From the NCBI GenBank assembly GCA_963845515.1, contig CAWJSR010000023.1, forward strand, positions 184,726 to 248,725: a DNA stretch of 64,000 nt, read 5' to 3'. Below, in pieces: positions 9,850-19,409 of this stretch; position 1 is the first letter of the stretch; the number at the start of each line of letters is the position of its first letter. Source of the DNA: an uncultured delta proteobacterium (GTDB taxonomy: Bacteria; Myxococcota; Myxococcia; Myxococcales; Anaeromyxobacteraceae). A model generated the notes under the pieces. That model was given only the letters and a program-made list of their open reading frames with translations, was not told the DNA's origin and searched no databases. The translations under genes were made by a program, and so were the position numbers.

Positions 9850-10927
9850 CTAGCGGCTGACGACGGTGGGGTGGCTCGGCCTGAACTCGGTGTCCTGCTC
9901 GTGCCACAGGTGTTCGAGCCCGAGCGTCTTGAGCCCCTGAACCAGGAAGGAAGGGTCGATCCACTTGTCGACGTCGAAGTCCTTCCGGATCAGCTTGAGC
10001 TCGCGCCCCTTCTGGAGGAGCCGCTTGTAGTGAGCGCGGTAGAAGGCGTCGAAGAGGGGGGACGCCCGCTCCCGGAGGACGAAGGCGTCCCAGTCGCCCT
10101 TCCAGGCCGGCAGCCCGAAGCCGCTCTTGGTCCAGACCTGGTAGGCGCGGGCGCGGCTCGACTCCTCGGCGAGCCACGCCGCGTCCTTCAGGACGACGTT
10201 CACCACGCGCTGCACCAGCTGCGGGTACTTCGCCGCGAAGGGCTCGGTGACGAGCAGGTGGGTGAGGCGGCCCGATCTCGGATCGCCCTGTGTCGAATGC
10301 ACGATCCGAGCGACTCCCCGCTCTACGAGCGGGAAGACGTCGGGGCCTGAGACCTGCGCGTCGATGGCCTTCGACAGCAGGGCGGCGTTGCCGTCGAGGA
10401 CCGACATGTTGACGAGCTTGAAGTCGCTCTCCTTGAGCCCTCTCGAAGCCAGGACGCTGTAGAAGGCGAGCTGAAGGTTGGTCCCCTTGAAGACCGCGAC
10501 CCGCTTTCCCTTCAGGTCCTCCAGCGTCCTGGCGGTAGAGTCGGCGGGGACGTTGACGTAGATGGCGATCGAAGCGGCTGGCCGCCAGGATGAGCCTGGT
10601 CGGGAGCCCACCGCCCCTCGCGACGAGCGCCGGCAGATCACCCTGGAAGGCGAAGTCGAGCTGGCCGTTGGCGAGCGCCTCGTTGACCGCCGGTCCCGCG
10701 CCGGAGAAGTAGGTCCACTTCACGGGTATCCCGTCGGGGCGGAACTCGTTCTCGAGGGAGGCGTTGTCGGCCACGATCGAGACGAAGGACCAGCCGGAGA
10801 CGGGGCGACCGCCCGTGCCTACCTGGGCGACGCCGATGCGGATGGCCTCCGGCCGGGGCTCGGCTGCCGTGGCCGAGGACGCCAGCGACAAGAGCGAGAG
10901 GACGACTGCTGCGAGCTGGTTCTTCAT
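9850..10927 (-). CDS. Sulfonate-type ABC substrate-binding protein (SsuA-like); one frameshift near 10568
   Basis: Signal peptide MKNQLAAVVLSLLSLASSATAA; FSGAGPAVNEALANGQLDFAFQGDLP; continues in another frame as AIYV..DLKGKRVAVFKGT. Confidence 0.85.
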
Positions 10928-10944
10928 TGACGATTCTCCCCGGC

Positions 10945-12393
10945 CTAGAAGCCGAACTGGAGCTGCGCGAGGACTTCTGTGGATGCGACGTCTTCCGCGC
11001 CGCCGACGTGCTGGATGCGTCGATTGACGTTCAGCTGCGCCTTGGTGGTCTCGGCGAAGAAGACGTTGAGACCGGCGGTGTAGAGCTCGTTTGCGGTTCC
11101 TGGTGCCTTTGCGTCGGGCTCCCAGCGGTCGTAGCGGACGAACGGCTGCCAGGTCTTCGGCCACCAGTCGTCGAACTTGGCCTGGGTCTTGATGCTCCGG
11201 AGGAACTGCTCGCCGAAGCTGTAGAAGGCGGTGGCGGTGTGACCGTTCCTGTCGAACCGGGCTTCCCTCGCAGTGGCCGCGATCCAGACGTCGTCGACCG
11301 CGCGAACGAACTCGTAGGTGAAACCGAGCGGAAAGTGGTTGTAGTAGACGTCGACGCCGTACCGGTTCCTGAGGCCAGTCGCTACGAGCGCGGGAGTGGC
11401 AGGAGCTACGGCCCCGTCGCTGAGCGACGCGCGGCCGAGGTAGGCCGACGCGCCGATCCGCAGCTCGCGGAGCCATGAGTTGTAGTCGGCGGGCAGGGTG
11501 ATCGCGACGCGTCCGACCACGTCCTTGAAGGCGTTGTCGTCGTCGCGGTTCGGCCCGGTGCCGTTGACTACGCCGAGAGCGAAGGCCAGCAGCGCCTGGC
11601 GGTAGTTGTAGCCGAAGTCGAACTGCGTGAAGAACTCGCCGCGAGCGATGAGTCCGATCTGGCGCGCGCCGAGGCCGGCCTGCACCACGAACTGTGCATT
11701 GTTGATGACCGGCTTCAGCTCCTCCGTCGTGTTGCTCTCCAGCCCGAAAGGCACGAGCTGCTGTCCGAGCGTGAGCGAGAGGCGCGGGCCGTCGTTCTCG
11801 ATGGTGGGGAGCAGCTGGTAGGTCAGGTTCGCGTCTAGGATGCTGAGGTAATTGAAGTTGGTGCCTGCCGCGGGGGAGGCGGCGGCGCTGAGCGTGAAGC
11901 CGACGTTCCGCGCCTGCTCGTAGTCCCGGTACAGGAGCCCGTTGAAGGCCAGGATCGCCGCGGGGATGTCGAACGTGGTCTTCCGGTTGTCCAGGAGCGC
12001 CGGGTTGTTGACCGAGGTGCTCGCGACGTTCTTGTTCAGTGGCGAGCTGATGAAGGCGCCGTAGTACGCGCCGCGGGCCTGGACGATCCCGCTGATGAGC
12101 AGGTTGCGGGTGGAGAGCGCGCTCTTGGTCTCGCGATCCCGCTGGTACTGGTACTTGAAGTTCTCGAGGTCGGCCTGGACGCCCTGGACGTCGCCGCGGG
12201 AGGCGGCCTCCGCTCCCGCCGATTCGAGCCGGGCCCTCAGCTCGGCCAGCTCCTTCTCGAGCGTCACGAGCGCGTCGTCGCTCACAGCGGCGGTGGGCGC
12301 CGCGCGCTGCTCACCGGCGGCAGACTGGGGCTGGGCGCCGGCCTGCGTTCCGGCCATCAGGAGCGTCAGGGTCAGCAGTGCTCTGTGGGTCAC
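10945..12393 (-). CDS. Outer-membrane beta-barrel porin (OprO/P-like) with N-terminal coiled coil
   Basis: GTG start behind a GGGAAGG RBS; signal peptide; GQQLVPFGLE and NGTGPN..D...KD..GR segments; amphipathic strands; C-terminal LQFGF. Confidence 0.7.
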   Translation of the reverse strand: MTHRALLTLTLLMAGTQAGAQPQSAAGEQRAAPTAAVSDDALVTLEKELAELRARLESAGAEAASRGDVQGVQADLENFKYQYQRDRETKSALSTRNLLISGIVQARGAYYGAFISSPLNKNVASTSVNNPALLDNRKTTFDIPAAILAFNGLLYRDYEQARNVGFTLSAAASPAAGTNFNYLSILDANLTYQLLPTIENDGPRLSLTLGQQLVPFGLESNTTEELKPVINNAQFVVQAGLGARQIGLIARGEFFTQFDFGYNYRQALLAFALGVVNGTGPNRDDDNAFKDVVGRVAITLPADYNSWLRELRIGASAYLGRASLSDGAVAPATPALVATGLRNRYGVDVYYNHFPLGFTYEFVRAVDDVWIAATAREARFDRNGHTATAFYSFGEQFLRSIKTQAKFDDWWPKTWQPFVRYDRWEPDAKAPGTANELYTAGLNVFFAETTKAQLNVNRRIQHVGGAEDVASTEVLAQLQFGF

Positions 12394-12428
12394 GTTCACC
12401 TTCCCGCGTGAGGAGTTCCCCGGCACTA

Positions 12429-12445
12429 CTGCAAGGCGCGTGCGC
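12429..12445 (-). promoter_or_regulatory. Sigma54-like -24/-12 element upstream of the porin-ABC-HDK operon
   Basis: GCGCACG-CGCC-TTGCAG on the minus strand; matches TGGCACG-N4-TTGCW except at the first two positions, so the -24 GG is CG. Confidence 0.4.
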
Positions 12446-12529
12446 AGCGCCTCCAACATCGCGGATGAGGCCGCCGATCGCGTCGGGACGGGGCGCGCCC
12501 TGCCCTGCCTCGGATCAGTCCGCGTGGAA

Positions 12530-12545
12530 ATCCGTAATAACGGAT
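12530..12545. promoter_or_regulatory. 16-bp palindromic operator, copy 1
   Basis: ATCCGTAATAACGGAT (perfect 6-4-6 inverted repeat) upstream of the porin operon. Confidence 0.7.
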
Positions 12546-12730
12546 GCCGTCTTGGGCCTCCCGCGGTCGGTCGCCGCCCGGCCCGGTCCTCGTCGCCCGC
12601 GTCTTCCCCAGGCGGCGCGGATCGCTGGCGGCAGCGTGCGCGCTGGCCCCCGCCACGGCGCCTCCCCGGGTGCGCCACGGGCCGCCAGCGCCAGGCACGG
12701 CGACGCGCCTCTTGGCGCCTGAGAAGCACT

Positions 12731-12807
12731 AGTAGCAGCCGCCGAAACGATCAGCGGCGCTGCGACCGCAAGTGGGCCGCAGCGCCGCGAAGGCATCGTC
12801 TGCTACT
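12731..12807. other. Long imperfect hairpin just 3' of radical SAM paralog 3 (terminator- or stabiliser-like)
   Basis: AGTAGCAG (12731-38) pairs with CTGCTACT (12800-07), enclosing GCGGCGCTGCG (12754-64) paired with CGCAGCGCCGC (12778-88). Confidence 0.45.
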
Positions 12808-12822
12808 TCGTGGGCTAGCGCC

Positions 12823-14070
12823 TCACGAGGCTCGCTTCCGCCCCTGGGCCGGTCCGTCGAGCCGTTCCCGGAACACCGGCAGGAGCTCGTCCTCGATCCG
12901 GTAGAGGTCGTGCTGGATCCCGTTGGTGGCCGCGTTGGAGTCGAAGACGTGCTCGAAGGTGATCCCGTGCTTCTTCCAGGAGCCGACGAGCTTCTCCGCG
13001 AGGTCGAGGTACCAGCCCGGCTCAGGCGCGCGGTGGCCGCGCAGCTCGGAGCCTGGGTTGGGGCACCAGACCGTGAAGGTGCTGACGACCCCCTTGCCGG
13101 CGAGCACCTCGAGCCCCTCCAGCGTGCGCGCCTTGGGCTCGATCCCCGCGACGAAGTTGGAGCGGACGCGCCCGTGGCCGAAGACCCGGACACCGTGCTC
13201 GAGCGCGCGGACCCAGTGGTCCCACCCGCCGGAGCTGCGCGCCTTTCCTGGGCAGATGACCTCGTAGATCCGCTTGTCCCAGATCTCGAGGTTCATCGCG
13301 GTGGTGCGGAACCCGGCCTCCTTGAACCGGTCGAGGTTCCCGAGATCGAGCGGAGCGGCGACCGTCGCCGTGCCGTTGAACTGGTCTTCCCCGGTCCGCT
13401 CCCGGATGGCCTCGGCCACGTCCAGGTAGTAGTCGAGCTCACGCCGCTCCGGGATGACGCCGCCGGTCACCGTGAGGTGCTTGAAGAGCCCCTCCTGCTT
13501 CGCGGCCGCGACCGTCTCTCCGATCTGCCCGGGCGTCTTCCACTGCGCGCCGTACTTGTCGTTGAAGACGTTCTTCGTCTCGTTGATGTTGCAGAAGAGG
13601 CAGTCCTCGCCGCGGTCCTTGTAGGAGCACTCGTTGCTGTAGACGATGAAGATGTGGCCGTCCGGGTTGGCGATGGCGATGGTCTGCATCGGCTTGCCGT
13701 CCGAGGTCTTCCGGTCGTAGAAGCCGGGACGAGGATGGAACGAGACCTCGAAGACCTCGTTCGCACCCTCGGCCAGGATGAAGCGCTCCCCGTCGAGCGC
13801 GAGCCGGTAGCGCGAGCGCGGGTTCCAGCGGACCGGCACGTCGAGGCCGTTCGGCGTCACGAACTCGGAGGGGAGATCCCCCTCGTGCGGCTCGAAGTCC
13901 ATCACGAAGAGGCAGTGGATCTGCTCCTTGACCTTCTGGCCGAGCCGGAGCGCGCGCAGCGCGTCCGAATCGACCGCGACGCCGTCCGTGACGACGTCCG
14001 TCTTCACCTTCAGCTCATGCCAGAGCTTCTTCTTCAGCTCGCCCGTCGATCCGGTGCTTGCGGTGCTCAT
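12823..14070 (-). CDS. Radical SAM protein, paralog 3 (Cx8Cx2C)
   Basis: SNECSYKDRGEDCLFCNIN; TGGVIPERRE, ICPGK, CPNPGSELRGHR. Confidence 0.85.
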   Translation of the reverse strand: MSTASTGSTGELKKKLWHELKVKTDVVTDGVAVDSDALRALRLGQKVKEQIHCLFVMDFEPHEGDLPSEFVTPNGLDVPVRWNPRSRYRLALDGERFILAEGANEVFEVSFHPRPGFYDRKTSDGKPMQTIAIANPDGHIFIVYSNECSYKDRGEDCLFCNINETKNVFNDKYGAQWKTPGQIGETVAAAKQEGLFKHLTVTGGVIPERRELDYYLDVAEAIRERTGEDQFNGTATVAAPLDLGNLDRFKEAGFRTTAMNLEIWDKRIYEVICPGKARSSGGWDHWVRALEHGVRVFGHGRVRSNFVAGIEPKARTLEGLEVLAGKGVVSTFTVWCPNPGSELRGHRAPEPGWYLDLAEKLVGSWKKHGITFEHVFDSNAATNGIQHDLYRIEDELLPVFRERLDGPAQGRKRAS

Positions 14071-14094
14071 CTTCGCTCCTCCTTTCGGCGCCGC

Positions 14095-14550
14095 TCAGAC
14101 TTCGATGCTCGAGACTGCCGCCGGGCCGTGCCCCTTCGAGAAGTCCACGACCTTCACCTGCTTCGGCGTGACGCGGAGGAAGGCGTTCCCGCCCAGCTCA
14201 CCCTTCTCGGCCCGCTCCTTGAACCGGGGGTTGCGGATCGAGATGAGCCGGATCGCCTTCGCCCGCTCCTCCTCGGTGGCCAGCACCTCCGCGACGCCGC
14301 GGATCTCCACGTTCGCGAAGTCCTTCACCTCCTGCTGCTCGTGCTGGAAGAGGATGGAGACGTTGGGGTTCGCGGCGATCTGGCCGACCTTGTCGGAGGT
14401 CTTCCCGGTCGAGAAGTAGACGGTGAGCCCGTCTGCCGCGAAGGAGCCGAGCGCGCGGGTGGCCGGCGTGTTGGCCGGGCCGACGGTCGACAGGATGATG
14501 AAGCGGGTGTCGTTGAGGTACTGCGGGACCTGCTGACGTTCCAGCGCCAT
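14095..14550 (-). CDS. Pyridoxamine-5'-phosphate oxidase-like (flavin-binding split barrel) protein
   Basis: Own ATG with a GGGAG RBS; LSTV...P..R, YFST...SDKVGQIAANPNVS; in frame with the upstream MFS. Confidence 0.75.
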   Translation of the reverse strand: MALERQQVPQYLNDTRFIILSTVGPANTPATRALGSFAADGLTVYFSTGKTSDKVGQIAANPNVSILFQHEQQEVKDFANVEIRGVAEVLATEEERAKAIRLISIRNPRFKERAEKGELGGNAFLRVTPKQVKVVDFSKGHGPAAVSSIEV

Positions 14551-15774
14551 GGGGTTGCTCCCTGTGTGACGAGAAGCGGCATCGCTCGCGTCCTGCGGGC
14601 GGTCGCGGTGCCGGGTGGAGGCCGCGCGGGCGCCGGCGGCGCCCACGGCCAGGAGGATGAAGAGCGGAAGGAAGAGGAGCAGGACGTCCTGTGCCGGGAC
14701 CCAGCGGCCGGCCAGCGCGCAGGCCAGCGGTCCCAGGGTCACGCCGAGCCCCGCCGCGAGCTGGAAGAGCGCGGAGATCCTGCCCTTGGCCCCCGCGAGG
14801 CTCGCGATCCAGGAGGCGACGAAGACGTGGACGAGCCCGGTCGCGACGCCGATGGCGACGCCGGCAAGCGCGAGCGAGAGCGGTCCCGAAGCGATGGCCG
14901 TGCCGACCGTCCCCGCCACGCCTGCGAGCCCCGCGACCAGCCTGAGGCGCGCCCGATCTGCGGCGAAGCGGCCGCCCAGGAACGCGGTGACGACGAAGCT
15001 CAGCCCCTCGACGATCAGGACCCGCGAGGCGACCGCTGCGTTCGCGCCGTGCACCCTGACCGCGACGACGACGACGAAGGCGCTGAAGGCCGAGAAGGTG
15101 GCGGCGCCCAGCATCTCCGCCGCGAGCGCGGGGCGGATCGACGCCGTGCGGAGCATCGCGAGCAGCTCGGCGGCCCGGTCCGCCAGCCGAGGCCTCGGCG
15201 ACGCCGCGGCGTGCGCACGCGCCCCTTCGAGCTCGGCCAACGTCACCAGCGAGGCGGAGAGGAGATGCAGCGCCACGACGACGCCGAAGAGCGTCGGGAA
15301 CCCGGCGCTGCGGCCCAGGAGGCCACCGATGAGCGGTCCGAGGAAGGTGAGCCCCACCGACATCGACGCCTTGAACCAGCCTGCCTTCTCGATCCCGATC
15401 GACCCGAGCTTCCCGTAGAACGACGCGGTGAGGGCGGTGAACCGGAGCGGCGCGAAGAGCCCCTCCAGCCCCATCAGCAGGACGACGAGGAGGGGCGAAG
15501 GGGCGGCGGCATAGACGACGGCTATCGCCGCTCCCGCGAGCGCGCCGACCCGGAAGACGCGCCTCGCGCCGAGGTGATCGACGAGGAAGCCGATCGGGAT
15601 CACGACCAGGAGCATCCCGAGCCCGCCGACGGAGCGGACGAGCCCGATCTGCGCGTTGGTCGCCCCGCCGCTCAGGGCGAGCAGCGGGACGCCGAGCTGC
15701 ATCACCCCGCCGGCCGTACCGACGAGGACGTTGAGCGCGAAGAAGCCGACCGCGAGCCGGGCGCCGCGTGGCAC
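14551..15774 (-). CDS. MFS transporter (no stop before the downstream split-barrel protein; both ends uncertain)
   Basis: About 12 hydrophobic segments; GFLVDHLGARR (MFS motif A); GRFAADR. Confidence 0.8.
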
Positions 15775-15849
15775 GGACGGCGACGCCTTCGCCCGGGAGC
15801 GGCCCGGCGGTGTCGAGCGAGATGGCCACGGGGTCCCGGTCCGATGCCG

Positions 15850-17077
15850 CTACTCGAACATCTCCATGAAGGCCTTGAGGCGCGTGACGTTCTGACCGGT
15901 CGGGACGCCGGTCTGGAAGGAGCCGTCGAGGATCAGGGACGGGATTCCGACCGCGTTGAAGTGCTTCTTCAGCACCTCGAAGTTGACCGAGCTGAAGGAG
16001 CACCCGAAGTAGCCGTAGAAGATGATCCCCTTCGAGCCGGTCCTCTGGAGGGCGGTCTCGAGGTGGGGGAGCTGGTCCTTCGAGCCGCCGGGGCCGCCCA
16101 TCCCGATGACCGTGTTCCGGGCGACGGCACGGAGGGGACGCAGGCTCTCGTCGTAGTCGCGCAGGAGCAGGCCGGTCATCGTCCAGCTGGAGATGTAGCC
16201 GTTCAGGTCGTCGAAGAGCTTGTAGAGGCCGAACTCCTGGCCGCGCCCGCCGGCCCAGATGATGGGCACCCGCGTCGACTCGACGCCGCGCTTCGCGTAC
16301 CGCTCCAGCTCGTCGGTGAGCTGATCGAGCAGCTCTTCGTACTCTCCGGGTACACCGTAGTTGTGGTTGGCGCCGTTCCAGACGAAGAGCGTCTCGAGCG
16401 TGCCGATGTAGTCGGGGTTGGCGACCTGGAGCTCCAGGATCCGCCGCACCTTGGCGTGAAGGCGGTTGAGCCGACGAGTCTCCTGTCCGAGCCGCGCTTC
16501 GTCGTAGGCCCCTCCGAGCCACGTCGCGAGGCCGAGCAGCTCCTGCTCGGCGAAGTCGACCAGGCTCTCGAAGCGCTCCCCTTCGACGCCCTCGGCGCGG
16601 TAGGGCAGGTCGACCGAGTAGATGTCGTACCCCTCGTCCTTGAGCACCTCGAAGGCGGCGTTGTAGGGCTCACAGAGCGAGCAGTAGTTGATGAGCCGCT
16701 TGAAGAGCGCCTTCCGCTTGAGCAGCTCCCCCATGGTGGCCTTCACCATGGAGCAGGTCTCGCGGGCGATGCGGAAGTAGTCCTCCGCGAGCGCGACCGA
16801 GCCGTCTCCGGCGAGGCGGCCGAGCTCGGGGAAGACGCACGGGAAGGTGTCCGTGGCGTGGATGATCGGGGCGTCGGTCATGCCGCCGCCGTAGACCACC
16901 TTGCGCCCCTGGCTGGTGAGCCTCGTCCGCGCGCTGGATGTAGGTGAGCGCCAGGTCGAAGATCCGGTCGACCGCGGGGGATCCGGTGCGGGACTTGAGG
17001 TAGTCGATCTGGCCGAGCTCGGCGTGCTCTGGGCGGCGCGAGAGCTGGACGACTGGGCTAAGCGGGGACGCGGACAT
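15850..17077 (-). CDS. 2-hydroxyacyl-CoA dehydratase/benzoyl-CoA reductase family subunit (3 Cys); frameshift near 16915
   Basis: ETCSMVK, SLCEPY, FGCSF; C-terminal GIPSLILDG..TGQNVTRLKAFMEM. Confidence 0.8.
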
Positions 17078-18170
17078 CGGTCTCTCCCTTCTTGAGCAGC
17101 TCGAGGAACGCGCCGACCCGGGTCCGGAGCTGCCCCAGGTCGCTCTCCGAGTAGTCGGATGAGAGCTCCAGGACGGGGATCCCGAGCTTCTCGAAGCGCT
17201 TCGCGAAGGTGTTCCCGGTGATCGCGTAGCAGCTGCAGAACTTGAGGCTCACGTAGACGATGGCGTCGACCCGGTACTCCCGGGCTAGCTGCTCGCTGAA
17301 GTCGAGCCGCTCGGTGAGCGGCTTCATGCGCGCGCAAGGGGCGGAGTCGAGGTAGCCGTCCGACAGCGCCTGGAGCGGAGGGACGTCCTCGGGGATCTGG
17401 CCGTAGAACGGCCGGAGGCCGGTGCAGTGGTCCTCGACCACGATCCGGGTGTCGAGCTCGTCTTCCAGGAGCTCCTCGAGCCTGTGGTCGCCGTCGGCGA
17501 CGATGCCGCCGGAGACCATGATCCGAAGCGGGCGTTCGCCAGAAGGCTGCTCTGCCGTGAGCTGGCCGAGCAGCCGCTCGAAGTGCTCGGTGCTCTTCTC
17601 GATCGGCAGGTAGTAGAAGGCCTTCACCAACTCCAGATATTCGCCGCCGGTGATCGGTGGATCGTCCCGCTTGCGCAGCTCGGAGATCGCCTTCAGCAGC
17701 CGGCGCGCGCGGTTGTAGCGCGAGATCTCGGCCCGCAGCCCGCTCTCGGTGACCCGGTTGCCGGTCAGCTCCTCCACGTCCTTCTGCATGAACGCGACCT
17801 CCCGGCGCATGAACTCGCGGGAGGCGGTCCGGTTCCGCTCGCGAGGGAGGCAGAGCATCCGGTACGGCACGTCGAAGAACTCACCGATCGCCTCGACCCC
17901 CTTCTTCATCTGGTCGCAGGTGTTGAAGTGGTAGAGCTTGTCGATCGACGTGTAGAGGGGGTCCCCCTCGCGGAACGCACCGACGCTGTACTGCGCGAAC
18001 TGGCAGAAGAAGCTGCGGGTGTGGACCTCGCCGCTGTTGACCGTGTTGGCGTCGCCACCCTTGAAGAGGCGCACCGGCGTCGCGCCGGCCGCGGCGATCA
18101 GCTCGGCCGGCGTGTAGACGCAGAAGTACCCGGCGCGCTTCGGCGCGCCCCCGCTGCTAGCTGGCGTCAC
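17058..18170 (-). CDS. HgdB/BcrC/DCCP-family Fe-S subunit with six conserved-type Cys
   Basis: GTG after AGGAGG; GYFCVYTPAE, FFCQF, NTCDQMKK, EDHCTG, APCAR, LKFCSCY, SDYSESDLGQLRTRVGAF. Confidence 0.85.
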   Translation of the reverse strand: MTPASSGGAPKRAGYFCVYTPAELIAAAGATPVRLFKGGDANTVNSGEVHTRSFFCQFAQYSVGAFREGDPLYTSIDKLYHFNTCDQMKKGVEAIGEFFDVPYRMLCLPRERNRTASREFMRREVAFMQKDVEELTGNRVTESGLRAEISRYNRARRLLKAISELRKRDDPPITGGEYLELVKAFYYLPIEKSTEHFERLLGQLTAEQPSGERPLRIMVSGGIVADGDHRLEELLEDELDTRIVVEDHCTGLRPFYGQIPEDVPPLQALSDGYLDSAPCARMKPLTERLDFSEQLAREYRVDAIVYVSLKFCSCYAITGNTFAKRFEKLGIPVLELSSDYSESDLGQLRTRVGAFLELLKKGETDVRVPA

Positions 18171-19050
18171 TGAGGACCTCCTTCGCACGCCCCAGGTCGT
18201 GGCGGAGCGAGCCGAGCAGGTCGCGATCCTTGCGGCGGTGCTCCCGCTTCGCCACCTGGTTCTCCGAGTACTCACGCGCGTAGACCGCAGCGCCGAGGGC
18301 GCCCGCGTACTGGGCGTCGAGCGAGAGATCGACGAAGTTGGCCTTCGTCACCTCCTCCAGCGCGCGCCGCATCCCCCTGTTCTTGGAGACGCCCCCCGTG
18401 AAGACGACGTCCGACTCGATCCCGACGCGGGAGAGGAGGTTACCGACGCGCCGCGCCACGGAGAGGTGGACGCCCGCCGCGATGTCCGCCTGGCTGACGT
18501 CCTGCGCCTTCAGCGAGATGACCTCGGACTCGGCGAAGACGACGCACTGGCTCGTCACCTTCACGATCCTGGTGGACTGCAGCGAGACCTCGCCGAGCTG
18601 CTCGACCGGGAGGTTGATCGACGCGGCGATCATCTCCAGGAACTTCCCCGTGCCGGCGGCGCACTTGTCGTTGAGCACGAAGCCCGCGACCTTGCCGTTT
18701 CGCGGGTCGACCTTGATCGCCTTCGAGTCCTGGCCGCCGATGTCGACGATGGTCCGGACGTTGGGGTGCAGGTAGTGCGCGCCCTTCGCGTGGCAGGAGA
18801 TCTCGGTCACGTCCCCGTAAGGGATCCCCTCGAAGCCGAGGGTGATCCGGCCGTAGCCAGTCCCGACGATGTAGGCGAGCTCACCCTTCGTCGTGCGCCC
18901 CTTCTGGAGCAGCTCTTCTACGAGGGCGTCGCCGGTCTCCTGCATGTTGAAGCCGGTCGGCCGAATGGCAGTGAAGATCTCGCTGCCGACCAGCAGCACG
19001 CCCTTGGCCGTGCGCGATCCGATGTCCAGCCCCAGCACTCTCTTGGTCAT
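18157..19050 (-). CDS. HgdC/BadFG/BcrAD-family ATP-dependent activator (ASKHA [4Fe-4S] ATPase)
   Basis: GLDIGSRTAK, GTGYGR, TEISCHAKGA, DIGGQDSK, NDKCAAGTG, SQCVVFAESEVIS, TGGVSKN. Confidence 0.93.
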   Translation of the reverse strand: MTKRVLGLDIGSRTAKGVLLVGSEIFTAIRPTGFNMQETGDALVEELLQKGRTTKGELAYIVGTGYGRITLGFEGIPYGDVTEISCHAKGAHYLHPNVRTIVDIGGQDSKAIKVDPRNGKVAGFVLNDKCAAGTGKFLEMIAASINLPVEQLGEVSLQSTRIVKVTSQCVVFAESEVISLKAQDVSQADIAAGVHLSVARRVGNLLSRVGIESDVVFTGGVSKNRGMRRALEEVTKANFVDLSLDAQYAGALGAAVYAREYSENQVAKREHRRKDRDLLGSLRHDLGRAKEVLSDAS

Positions 19051-19115
19051 GTCCGGCTCTTTCGCGGTCCGCGACGAAGTGACGGCGCGGTTCGTGGTGC
19101 GTGAGGGGCGGGAGT

Positions 19116-19132
19116 CTGCAAGCGACGTGCGC
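19116..19132 (-). promoter_or_regulatory. Sigma54-like -24/-12 element upstream of the activator operon
   Basis: GCGCACG-TCGC-TTGCAG on the minus strand; same variant as 12429-12445. Confidence 0.4.
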
Positions 19133-19310
19133 GCCCTTCGGCGAGCCAACGGCGCGCACGAAGAGCCATTCGAGCGGGCTCGGCGCCGCCGCCCGTCGGG
19201 GGGCACGGGGCGCCCAGCGCCAGTGACGGAGGCCCGTCCGCGATCACGGACGCCAGCGAGGCAGCGCGCCCAGACCTCTGCGGCGCAAGCTCGGGCGCTA
19301 CTTGACGGCC

Positions 19311-19326
19311 GTCCGCCATAACGGAT
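19311..19326. promoter_or_regulatory. 16-bp palindromic operator, copy 2 (divergent activator/metK region)
   Basis: GTCCGCCATAACGGAT (reverse complement ATCCGTTATGGCGGAC); lies just 3' of TTGACG (19302-07). Confidence 0.65.
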
Positions 19327-19409
19327 AGACAGTACGGAGCCTCGCGCCGTCGTCTCGCGAGCCGATTCCCGGTCACCTTCGACCGCCGAAACCACACGGA
19401 GCCGCACCG

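Noticed and set aside
12400..12720. SAM or other riboswitch in the porin leader (also checked 19050-19410)
   Set aside because: No recognisable SAM-I/II core by eye; the conserved elements are better explained as DNA sites. An Rfam scan would settle it.
12772..16947. Very long alternative ORFs (e.g. 1391 aa on +, and 1000 aa at 31323-34325)
   Set aside because: They are antisense shadows of real genes, expected in high-GC DNA, with no recognisable motifs.
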